A stretch of DNA of 62,943 nt, counting the filler, from Stramenopiles sp. TOSAG23-3 (Eukaryota): assembly GCA_900128585.1 (NCBI GenBank). It is 27 parts of 27 records of this genome, joined end to end, with 100 filler letters (N's around TTAATTAATTAA, not from the genome) between each part and the next. Parts side by side here need not be neighbours in the genome. Positions count along the whole stretch, not along the records: positions 7,038 to 9,281 come from LT644950.1; positions 9,382 to 11,624 come from LT644951.1; positions 11,725 to 13,967 come from LT644952.1; positions 14,068 to 16,309 come from LT644953.1; positions 16,410 to 18,650 come from LT644954.1; positions 18,751 to 20,989 come from LT644955.1; 21 more parts are not named here. One strand, written 5' to 3'. Position 1 is the stretch's first letter; each line of letters begins with the position of its first letter. A program made the position numbers and the translations under genes. The notes beneath the pieces were generated by a model. It did no database searches. It was not told the origin of the DNA and worked only from the letters and a program-made list of their open reading frames with translations. Of the stretch, positions 9,274 through 19,190 are shown piece after piece.

Positions 9274-9281
9274 CCTATTCT
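9206..9281 (+). repeat. 76-bp terminal direct repeat, right copy
   Basis: Identical to 7038-7113 and ends exactly at the contig end. Confidence 0.97.
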
Positions 9282-10284
9282 NNNNNNNNNNNNNNNNNNN
9301 NNNNNNNNNNNNNNNNNNNNNNNNNTTAATTAATTAANNNNNNNNNNNNNNNNNNNNNNNNNNNNNNNNNNNNNNNNNNNNTATTATACCAAAGAAGAGT
9401 CAAAATAGTTGGAAAAGAAGGGAAGAGAAGCAAGAGAGAAGAGAATGTGATTAATCCCAAAGAGGGAGCGAAGAGGCGGTTCGGCCCCCCCCCCCATCCC
9501 CCATCCCCCTTTGATTGTGGCAAACGCTAACAAAATATTAGTCTACAATATAATAATACCATACTGTACCTGCAGAGGAGCGGTAAAGAATTTCATCTGT
9601 TGCTCTTTTTTTGTTGTGTGATTTGTGAGTTTGATAGATGTATTATTTTCTTTTGGTCTTTGTTTGTGATGGGTTGGTAGTCTAACTACGTTCGTACAGG
9701 TATTAAAATATTATACATATTTATGCTAGACTATATGCTCTGAGGAAGTTTATTTACATTAAATGGGAACGGAGAAATATAATAAATAATGCACCATCGG
9801 GGGCACACAGCTTTCATATTAATATACCTATTACACGTAGAGGGAGGATATTTTAAGAGCATAAATGGGTTAAGACAATACCGGTATCGTACGTATTATA
9901 TTATAAAAATAAAAAAAATATTGAAGTTGTTTTTTTAAAATTTTTATATTTTAAGTTCAATATTTTTCTACCTCTATGCTATCTATATGTATTATATGTA
10001 TAATCTCTTCATTCTCTTCTTCATCATCACCACTTTCTTTCTTTCTTCTTCTTCTTTTTGTTTTTTTTGACTAATTACTACCATACCTACCTACTACTAT
10101 AAATATCTATGATTTTGTACCCCTCTTCTTGTGGTGGTGATGACTGTTTGTGGAAGTATGCATGAAACAGAAATTAGATTTTTTAAAAGAAAACCAACCA
10201 GGGAACAAGAAACAAAAGAACAACGAACAACAAAAACGAAAAACATTACAACTTTCAAGCAACAAACTTTTATATACCTCAAAG

Positions 10285-11082
10285 ATGAAATCAGTGTTCC
10301 TTGCATTTTGCATCTTGGCCGTTGCCACCATGACGTCTGCTGCCCGCTTGTCGATGAACCAAATGGCCGTGATCTGGAAACAGAACGGGGGGATGGACTG
10401 CGAGACTGCCGTCGCAGTTGGTTGGGCAACAAGCATGGGAAACACCAACAGTAGGATGCGCAGTCGCCAAGGTGGAGTTGACCGTGGGGTCTGGGGCATT
10501 AACTCTGTGCGCTCTCCAGGAGTGTCGGTTAATTGCGCGCACAGTGCCGACTGTGGCGCGACAGCTGCCATTGGGCAATCCATGAACGGAGCGGACTGGT
10601 CGAAGTTTTCAGCGTTCAATAATGGAATGCACATGCCTCATATGCAGCGGGCTCGAATGGCTTGTGGCCCAAGCGGGTTCGATATGATGGAGGAGGAAGC
10701 GTTTGATTTGCAAACCGATCTACAGCTTCCCGTACGGCGCCTTCGAGGCGGCAAACATCTGTCCATGCACCAAATGGCAATGCTATGGAAACGGCAAGGT
10801 GGAATGGACTGCTCGACTGCCGTCGCGATTGGTTGGGCAACCAGTATGGGAAACACCAAAGCTAAGACGAGAAGCGTCATGGGTGGTAAAGACCAAGGAC
10901 TCTGGGGCATAAACTCCATCAGCGCTTCGCACGTATCGCGCCAGTGCGCCATGTCGGCAGATTGTAACACGGGGGCAACCCTGGCTCTGTCGTCGAACGG
11001 GGCAGATTGGTCTCAATTTTCTGCGTACGTAAATGGCATGCACCTGGCTCACATGCACCAATCCAGGGCTGCATGCCGATGA
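10285..11082 (+). CDS. Secreted tandem lysozyme-like (SLT_3-type) domain protein, predicted catalytically inactive
   Basis: Signal MKSVFLAFCILAVATMTSA and two ~108-aa repeats (C.TAVA[VI]GWATSMGNT...D.G[VL]WGINS...NGADWS.FSA..NG) joined by an acidic linker ending in RRLR. Confidence 0.75.
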   Translation: MKSVFLAFCILAVATMTSAARLSMNQMAVIWKQNGGMDCETAVAVGWATSMGNTNSRMRSRQGGVDRGVWGINSVRSPGVSVNCAHSADCGATAAIGQSMNGADWSKFSAFNNGMHMPHMQRARMACGPSGFDMMEEEAFDLQTDLQLPVRRLRGGKHLSMHQMAMLWKRQGGMDCSTAVAIGWATSMGNTKAKTRSVMGGKDQGLWGINSISASHVSRQCAMSADCNTGATLALSSNGADWSQFSAYVNGMHLAHMHQSRAACR

Positions 11083-11762
11083 TGAATTTCTCGGCTTGTC
11101 TTTGTACATATTGAGATTAAGACATATGGACATTTTTTAAAATCGATGTTTAAAAGCACAAAAATTAAATATGAGACATACTCAGACATAATTTTTTTTT
11201 TTAAATATGAGCCTTTCCGCTTGAACGCCGTGTAGCGCCTCACCTCGTCCAAATACTTCACCTCTTCGCCCGAAAGCTTGTCCTTCAGTCGCCACAGCTG
11301 CCCCGACCAATGACACTTTGCGTACCAGTCCACCTTTTCCAACCCCACCGCCGCCATCTCAACTGGTCGCCCACACTCGGGGTCCGCGTGGCGGCTCGAC
11401 GCAATCACGTTGCTCTAACGACCTCCACCACCACCTGAAAGAAGAATTAAATTATTTTTATTTAATAATAATAATAAATATATACCGTACCAATATCTTA
11501 CTTACTTACGTAGTTAGTAAATATTAGTAAATATGTAATATAAGTATATCATTGTTATTTTTATTCAACTAAACTTGTTACGTGATTTGGATATCTTTTA
11601 AACTTTTAACGTGATTCGGAGTTGNNNNNNNNNNNNNNNNNNNNNNNNNNNNNNNNNNNNNNNNNNNNTTAATTAATTAANNNNNNNNNNNNNNNNNNNN
11701 NNNNNNNNNNNNNNNNNNNNNNNNTGTGTTTAACTTTACGAGAATACGTTGGACCTGCCATT

Positions 11763-13163
11763 TTACGTGAATTTTCTCTTCTTTTTTCCCTTTCTTTTGC
11801 CAAGGCCAGCATTCGCATTCTTCAAGTCGTACCTCCACAGGCTGCCATCATCGCAGCACGCAAGAATTGTTTTTCGATCCGGGCTGAAGGCCACATGCCG
11901 AACCGTGGCCGTGCATTTTATGTGTGTCAAGCATGCCATTGGCTTTACTTGTATATCGTCGTTATCATGAATGTTCCACAAAAATACCTGCCCACAACGG
12001 TTGCCACATGCGAGCCCGTCTAAATTGTTGTCTGCTTCGAAGCGAACAAACCAGATTTCTGCATCTGTCATGGTAAACTCACGTAAGATGGAAGCAGAAT
12101 CTGGACCTCGCGCGGGTGCGGGCTTCCACAAGCATATCTTGTTTCCTGTCGATTTGGAGAGCAGTAGGTCGCCCATCCATCGCACGCAATCTACGTAGTC
12201 CGAGTGTACCTTACTGGTACTGTACGCTGGAAACTGAAAAAAACGAGTAGCAAACGGTTTCTTGGAGAAGTTCTTGGAAGAAATTGTCCCAGCCCCGTTG
12301 GCTTGCTCATCGCCTTCGCTGTTGCTGGCCCCGGAGCTGATGCCGCCGTTTTCGCCGTCGTTGCCGATTCCAGATGGCTGTGCCGCAGTTTCGTTGTCTG
12401 TTGAAGTGGGGGTTGCCTCAGAAGGTGCAGATGGAACATATAATCTAGAAACCCCTTGCTGTACATCATACGAGTCTTCGACTGCACTCACTAACTTCTC
12501 ACTATCCAGCGCCCATACTTTCACAGTATTGTCCATGCCGCAGGACGCAAAACAATTTCCAACGAGGTGCACATCCAGAGAGAGAACCTCATCCCTATGC
12601 CCCTGGTCCCCAGCAAAAATCGCTATACATACACCATTCGCTACATTCCACAACCGAATGCTTTCATCTTTGCTGGCTGTAAACACTAAATACTCGTCGA
12701 CGGGGTGAACACTAATCTCGTTAATAGAGTTGCCGTGGCCTATAAGGGCATTCACCATACACTGCTTCCTGCAATCAATAACTTTTGCAATGCCTTTGTA
12801 CCCACCCACTACCAGAAGGGGGCTATCGAAGCGCTTATCATACGTCCACTTGCATGTGTACAAATCTTCCTTGTCGTCATCGTCGACGTAGACTTGCCGC
12901 ACATCAATGTGCCCATCGTCCAGGCACTCGTAAATAGAAGTTCGGTTCCCGCCCACTGTAGCAAATATATTCCCAAAATTTCCTCCCAAATTACAAAAGG
13001 CAACGTTGTAGATAGCTCGAGCTTCTTCACTTTCTTCTACAACGCAGGTAGTAAACGCAAACTTCGGCCGCCGTCGCCACGTACCTACTTTTCTTGGGGT
13101 CCTCGCCTCACCATTTGTTTGCTCAGCTACTGCTGCTTTGCCAGGTGCCTCGCTTGCGCTCAT
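11763..13163 (-). CDS. EED: Polycomb PRC2 WD40 subunit EED/ESC/FIE
   Basis: FATVGGNR, EDLYTCKW, LIGHGNSINEI, SKDESIRLWNV, IFAGDQGHRDEVLSLD, SCGMDNTVKVW, VHSDYVDCVRW, IWFVRF, CDDGSLWR. Confidence 0.95.
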   Translation of the reverse strand: MSASEAPGKAAVAEQTNGEARTPRKVGTWRRRPKFAFTTCVVEESEEARAIYNVAFCNLGGNFGNIFATVGGNRTSIYECLDDGHIDVRQVYVDDDDKEDLYTCKWTYDKRFDSPLLVVGGYKGIAKVIDCRKQCMVNALIGHGNSINEISVHPVDEYLVFTASKDESIRLWNVANGVCIAIFAGDQGHRDEVLSLDVHLVGNCFASCGMDNTVKVWALDSEKLVSAVEDSYDVQQGVSRLYVPSAPSEATPTSTDNETAAQPSGIGNDGENGGISSGASNSEGDEQANGAGTISSKNFSKKPFATRFFQFPAYSTSKVHSDYVDCVRWMGDLLLSKSTGNKICLWKPAPARGPDSASILREFTMTDAEIWFVRFEADNNLDGLACGNRCGQVFLWNIHDNDDIQVKPMACLTHIKCTATVRHVAFSPDRKTILACCDDGSLWRYDLKNANAGLGKRKGKKKRKFT

Positions 13164-14067
13164 ATCTCAATGGGCAATAACACCGTAGTTCACGGTTTAT
13201 CGTTCGGACTTGGAACGATTATGGAAAATACACCTGGGTTCGCACAAAACAAAATCTATGGTGGTGGTGCGGGCAATTTCTACAATCAACTCTTTTAACT
13301 ATATACGGAAAACGATAAACTCGTTTTCATAAGAACACTAACAAATGTCACGGTTGGTGGTAGAATTTATTACATTTAAAAACATTCTATGGTACTAGAC
13401 TAGTCGTCTAGTTTACATATTTTGATTGACACGCTCTCCAAAGTAGACGATATACAATGATGATGTACATATTATTATATAATAATAATAATAATTATTA
13501 TTAATTTGTTTTTTCGATCCAACCTCCGTCCTCCACCTTCTTCTCTTCCACCTTCTTCCTTCCACTACTACCAACCAAAAAAAGTAATAAAAAACATTGA
13601 CAGAGCATCAGGAAGCAGGATGTATTAATACAAATTACACACAGCAAGACAGTTCCAAACGTCTGTTCAGAAAAATGGATGCTCGTCTGTTTGCTTTTTT
13701 TGGGGGGCCTTAAATACATTAGCATAGCATTATGAACAAAACTAATATTAACATAGCATTATAAAATAAGGTCTAAAATCATATAGTAAGGAGTATACTT
13801 GTATTCGTATTCTCTAAGTTTTTTTTTTTTTCAAGTTTCATAAAGTGGCCCGATCTTGTACGCCTGTTGGTATAGGTAAATAGCGTACTAGTTAATATAG
13901 AAAGATATTTTTCAGAAACTTATTTTTTGGGTTAAAAGAATTAGATTCCAAGGAACAACATTGACACNNNNNNNNNNNNNNNNNNNNNNNNNNNNNNNNN
14001 NNNNNNNNNNNTTAATTAATTAANNNNNNNNNNNNNNNNNNNNNNNNNNNNNNNNNNNNNNNNNNNN

Positions 14068-14799
14068 AGAAGATGAAGAGGAGGAGAAGGGCAATTGGGA
14101 GGCAACGTTGTATTGCCCGAGAACGAGGTCTCCGCTAAGCTTTTGCGATAGGTGTTGGATCCCCCCGATTGTTGAGGGAGAAAGCAGTTGGTCGCATTGC
14201 CGGCCGTCTTTTCCCTTGCAGAAGCAACGCAGCCCTCCCTTGCTCAGCACCATATGCTTATCTTTTATCGCGGCCCAGCACTGCCGCGTCAAGCACGAGA
14301 GACAGCCTACGTGCCCCGGGTGGGCATCGCACACTCGCATGATTTCTTCGGACGGATACAACAGATGACAGCACTTGCATTTTGTCATCGTTTTCGACGT
14401 CCCGGTGACTTTGACGATCTTGCGTTCGCAACTCGGGCATTCGCGACCGAATTTCTTCATTATTTTCGCCGCGCAGTCCCTGCAGTGAATTAGGCACGGT
14501 GCCGCACCGTCGTGGTGGTAAACGACCTCTGCTGTCTTTTCGTGGCACTCTAAGCATACGGACGCTTGCGGACTTTTGGGCAGTTCGGCCCATTCTAGCA
14601 AACGGTCCCAGCCGGTGTCCTCGCCCTCGCCCCCTGTCTCGAACGTCGTGTCGCGTGCCTCTTGTGCACCGTTGTTAAGGTTATTATTTTTAGCCTTTCC
14701 CATCGTGTTGTCTTCTGCTCCGCGGACGTCGTTTTGGCGAGTGTCTGTGGGCCTTGACGTACTTTGGGCCGCTGAACCTGCTCCGTTGCAGCCCGACAT
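14068..14799 (-). CDS. RING-finger protein, probably an RBR-type E3 ligase, 3'-truncated
   Basis: A RING-like CLEC...HCRDC...CPSC followed by a RING1-like CKCC...C...HVGCLSCL...LRCFC...C. Runs off the contig. Confidence 0.6.
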
Positions 14800-15039
14800 G
14801 GAGTGGGCGCGTCAGTTTACTGCTGAGTTATAGACGGAAGAAATGAAAAAGAAAAACAAAACAGAAACGAAATCCGTGGAACAACTCTTTTCTATGTAAA
14901 AATTTTCGCTTCACAAACAAACATTTTCATTTGTTCTTTATGGTTTGACCTTTACAAGCTTTTATATATATATACATGTATAATGAAGCAATCGAACATT
15001 TTGTTAGTTTGTTGGAATTTTTAACTAACGCGGAAACAC

Positions 15040-16050
15040 ACAGAGAACGACAGAGGAGAAGAAGGAAGAAGAAGAAGAGAAGGAAGAAGAAAAAAAAAGA
15101 TTTTTTTATTATATTTTTTATTATTTTTATAATAATAAATATTATTAATATGACACAGCATTGAGAATACTTATAGGAATGAGGTTGGTTTGAAGTTTTA
15201 TTAATTAAAGATATTATTATTCATCATTATATTTATTAATCATTTCTTCTTTCTTCTTTCTTTCTTCTTCATTGTTGATTCTTTTTTTTAATATGATGCT
15301 ATGATGATGCTATTATATATTAATAATAATTATATTATTATTGAAGAAGAAGAAAGAACAACAACAACAAAAAAGAAATTTCTTTTTGTTTCTTTATTTT
15401 GTTTGCAAGTACATAGCATCAAGAAAAAGAAGAAAAATAGAAGAAGAAAAAAAAAAGAAGAAGAAGAAAAAAAGCCAGAAGAAGAAGAAGAAGAAGAGAG
15501 AGAGAAGAGAGAGAGAAGAATATATTAATAACTGAGTATTATTACTCTTCTTCTTCTTTCTTTCTTCTTCTTCTTCTTCTTCTTCTGTTATATCTTCTTC
15601 TTTTATATCTTCTTCTTTCTTCTTCTTCTTCTTTTTTTTATAATAATATAATAATACCAGTAGTATATCTTCTTTCTTCTTCTTTTATATCTTCTTCTTT
15701 CTTCTTCTTTCTTCATTCTTCTTTTCTTCTTTCTTCTTCTTTTTATAATAATATAATAATACCTACCAGTTAGCCAGTTAGTAGAATATCTTCTTCTTTT
15801 TTCTTCTTTCTTTCTTCTTTCTTCTTCTTCTTGTTTCTTCTTTTCATTCTTCTTCCTTCTTTTTTTTCTTCTTTTTTTTTTTTCTCTTTTTTTTTTTTCT
15901 TCTTCTTCTTCTTCTTCTTCCTCTTCTCTTCTTCTTCTTCTTCGATCGACGAGAAAAGCGAGAAGAAGTAGAAAAGAAGACAGACACACAGAAGACGACA
16001 CACAGAAGAGAAGAGGAGCAGAAGACAAAAATTTATGGGTTATACAATAA
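15040..16050. repeat. Low-complexity (GAA)n/(TTC)n/(TAA)n intergenic region
   Basis: Alternating purine and pyrimidine tracts between two divergent genes. Confidence 0.9.
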
Positions 16051-16168
16051 TTATTGAAAAAACACAGAAGAGAAGAATTATCAATTCGGTTCTGAGGGCA
16101 ACGACAATTTTAAGTTTCATGTTGAAGTCATTTGTGTTCTGCTGTATTCTGCCGTGATATTGTATTCA

Positions 16169-16309
16169 ATGGAGCGTATCCAAGAAACATTCAAGGGGTT
16201 TCTTGGTGGGGAAGATGCAAAGCAGTTGCGGGACAAAGCAAGGGCCCAGGCAAAGTGCCAGGAACTAGTGGCGGCGAGGGAAAAGTGTTGGAGAGATTCC
16301 GCTGCTCAG
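16169..16309 (+). CDS. Small CX9C-motif protein, 3'-truncated (possible mitochondrial twin-CX9C protein)
   Basis: MERIQETFKGFLGGEDAKQLRDKARAQAKCQELVAAREKCW. Only one CX9C is visible before the contig ends. Confidence 0.4.
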
Positions 16310-16409
16310 NNNNNNNNNNNNNNNNNNNNNNNNNNNNNNNNNNNNNNNNNNNNTTAATTAATTAANNNNNNNNNNNNNNNNNNNNNNNNNNNNNNNNNNN
16401 NNNNNNNNN

Positions 16410-16477
<68 letters not shown>

Positions 16478-16478
16478 A
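16410..16478 (+). repeat. (AAAG)n microsatellite at contig start
   Basis: Direct reading. Confidence 0.95.
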
Positions 16479-16831
16479 GAAGAGAATGTTCACTAACTAT
16501 TATATTATTAAATAAAATATAGAAATATAAAAATATAAATAATACACACATTATTAATAGAGAAGAACACAAGTACAAGTTGATGCCTCCTCCTCTTCTT
16601 CTCCATCTCCGATGATGATGGGGTTGTGAGTAGTTGGAGGTAATAGTAGTAAGGAGGAGGAGGGTGGAGATGTGGGAGATGTAACAACTCTAGACTTTGG
16701 AATTTATCATAATAGTTAGAGAAGAAACACAATTCTATATATAAAAATGAATGAGAATAAAAACCAAATGGATAATCAGGAACAAACCGAGAGGAAGGAT
16801 TTAGTGCAATCCAAGAAGTACATAACTAAAA

Positions 16832-17845
16832 ATGTATTCTACTAGGTTTTTAGATACGCACTCCCGTCTCTTTCCTTCTCCTACCTCGCCAACCGTGGAG
16901 GTGGAGGACGCCGGGCAAGTCGTTTTGGAAACTATTAGGCAGAAAATATTCGCTTACTTTTACAAGTTAAGGGACGCTTTTCGTTGTTTAGACGCTAATA
17001 AGGACGGAAAGCTGTCCAGGGAAGAATTCGTTTCGGGGATAGAAGTGCTTGTGGGAGAAGGGGCATGGGACACAGAAGACTTGGGAAACGTTTTTTCCAT
17101 GTTCACCGAGTCGCCGCACATAGAGTACATAAATTATTTTGAATTCTGTAGAGTTATACAAGGCAAACAGAGCTTCGGCCATGCGCAGCTAGGGAGCAAC
17201 CTCGCGTCAACTTCTTCGCCGACAAGTGTTCGACAAATGAACAATAGCCCAGACATGACGCGTTCGCACGATCATTACTTCCGAAACAACGCAGAAACCA
17301 AAACGAAAGATTTGATGTGGGTAGAGGACGGCGTCACGCCTAGAATATATATGATGGGCGAACGCCCGACGAGCGCCCCCCCCCCTGGTTCGTCTCAGGA
17401 AAATCAGGTAGCCAATACTGAGTCCCTCGGGATCGACGCCCAGAGCTACAACAGCAGCGCGCGTTATAATGAAGCCGAAGACTTTAGGGTAACGTCCTAC
17501 CTTGGAGAAACGAAAGCTTCGAGAGTTACAGCTGTGCTGCAGTCTTTAAAAGGTTTTCTCTGGGGAACGAGCCGAAAATTGTCTGACCTGTTTACCTCTT
17601 TCGATTTGAATGGCGATGGTTGGATCAGCAAAGATGAACTTCAGAAGGGAATAAACTGTATAACCGATTTAAGCTTGGGAACAGAGGAAGTAGAAGAACT
17701 CATTTCATTGTTTGCAAGCCCCAACAACGACGCACTTCGCCATTGTGATTTTATGACTTTACTTAGGAGTGGTGTTCACCACCCTGCGCGTTATTGTCAG
17801 TCTGGTCTGCCTGGTCCCGAACTGGCGCTATACAAAAAGAAATAA
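16832..17845 (+). CDS. EF-hand calcium-binding protein
   Basis: Canonical loops DANKDGKLSREE and DLNGDGWISKDE, each paired with a degenerate EF-hand. Confidence 0.85.
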   Translation: MYSTRFLDTHSRLFPSPTSPTVEVEDAGQVVLETIRQKIFAYFYKLRDAFRCLDANKDGKLSREEFVSGIEVLVGEGAWDTEDLGNVFSMFTESPHIEYINYFEFCRVIQGKQSFGHAQLGSNLASTSSPTSVRQMNNSPDMTRSHDHYFRNNAETKTKDLMWVEDGVTPRIYMMGERPTSAPPPGSSQENQVANTESLGIDAQSYNSSARYNEAEDFRVTSYLGETKASRVTAVLQSLKGFLWGTSRKLSDLFTSFDLNGDGWISKDELQKGINCITDLSLGTEEVEELISLFASPNNDALRHCDFMTLLRSGVHHPARYCQSGLPGPELALYKKK

Positions 17846-18750
17846 GAATAAATTTAGGAATAGAGTGCATAGGCAGTATAATGATAATTGTTTTGTAGGC
17901 GACGAAAGGCCCCTGCTAAATAAAAGATATAAGAAGTTTTAAAAAATGTTTTCCCCTGGATTTAACCAGTTAAAAATGTTGGGAGGACTGACGTAACAAC
18001 AAAATAATGGCACTAAAAAAAGTAGAATAGACACACACACACCCACACCACCACAGCAGACAGCAAACAGCAAACAAACGCGAAGAAATGTTGTTGCTGT
18101 TGTTAGTTGGCAAACTGGAAAAAATATATTCTCGTCATTATTCCTATGTATTATAATTTTATTTTTGTTGTTGTTGTAGTGGTGCCATAGTATTAATATT
18201 TTAAGTGGTGCCATTCATTCATTCTTCTTCGTCGCACCCTCCTCCTCCTCCTATTAAAATACCTCCTGCCTCTTCTCAGCAGCAGCGGCGGCAAGCATTT
18301 ACCGTACTGCTATAATATTACGACGGTACACCACCCACCGTTCGTTCCGTCGTTGTTTGTTGAAGAAAGAAGAAGAGAAGAAGATAAAAAAAGAAGACGG
18401 AAACATCTGGTCTGATATTTGCACATGCATTTCCATATCCTCCTCCCTCCCACCATCAACCACCCCATTCACTGTTTAAACCGGTACATCCATACAAAAC
18501 GAAGAACGAAAGGGCATGGGGGTCGTATATCGATTTACAAAAGTAAAAGAAGTGCGTTACGCAAGGAGTAGTTCCCAATGCCAACATGGAAAACATAGGA
18601 AAACCCGTGCTTTTCGAGCAGCGCTTCGAAGATAAGTTCATAAATGTTGTNNNNNNNNNNNNNNNNNNNNNNNNNNNNNNNNNNNNNNNNNNNNTTAATT
18701 AATTAANNNNNNNNNNNNNNNNNNNNNNNNNNNNNNNNNNNNNNNNNNNN

Positions 18751-18858
18751 TGATTGACAACCAACAATGAAACAAAATTACAGAACCAAGTTAGGTTTAG
18801 GGTACGAAGAAGCTAAATTTAATTACTTAGTCTAAATAACAGCCAATTTTCTTGTTAT
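18751..18858 (+). mobile_element. 3' end of an interspersed repeat (same family as 4693-4800)
   Basis: Similar to 4693-4800 and ends in AAATAACAGCCAATTTTCTTGTT. Confidence 0.7.
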
Positions 18859-19190
18859 TTCAACGTAGTAGTTAGACTAGGAGGCTAGGAGGAGGAGCGG
18901 CGAGCGGCGATGCGAAACCCAAACGGGCGGGCGGCGGCGGGAAATTCAAAAATGTATTATTTGAGTGTCTATACGTATGTGCTAGACTATCAATTATCAA
19001 TAATATACGCGTACAAAAAAGATAATTGATTATAGATAAAACAAGGAAATGTTAACGTGTGCCGAAGATATATTCTGGTTTTGTTTCCTACCGTTTGCGC
19101 TTTAACGAAAGAACGGGTCTATTTGAGTCATAGGCATTATCGGTTCGTGGTTTAATATATTTTCGTTTTCAGAACACAGTGTGGGACAAA

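Larger units (their letters stand above)
7038..9281. mobile_element. Circular or tandemly repeated 2168-bp unit with virus-like gene packing
   Basis: The first 76 bp equal the last 76 bp. Four short intronless genes, a 45-bp divergent intergenic region and TATA-like motifs about 20 nt before ATGs. Confidence 0.6.

Noticed and set aside
7038-9281. CRESS-DNA virus or rolling-circle plasmid
   Set aside because: The size fits, but I see no HUH Rep motifs, SF3 helicase, capsid gene or nonanucleotide stem-loop.
11200-11440. GC-rich coding-like island on the minus strand
   Set aside because: It may be an exon or remnant, but no frame gives a recognisable product.
14976-16028. Lys/Arg/Glu-rich ORFs
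   Set aside because: They are translations of GAA/TTC low-complexity intergenic DNA.
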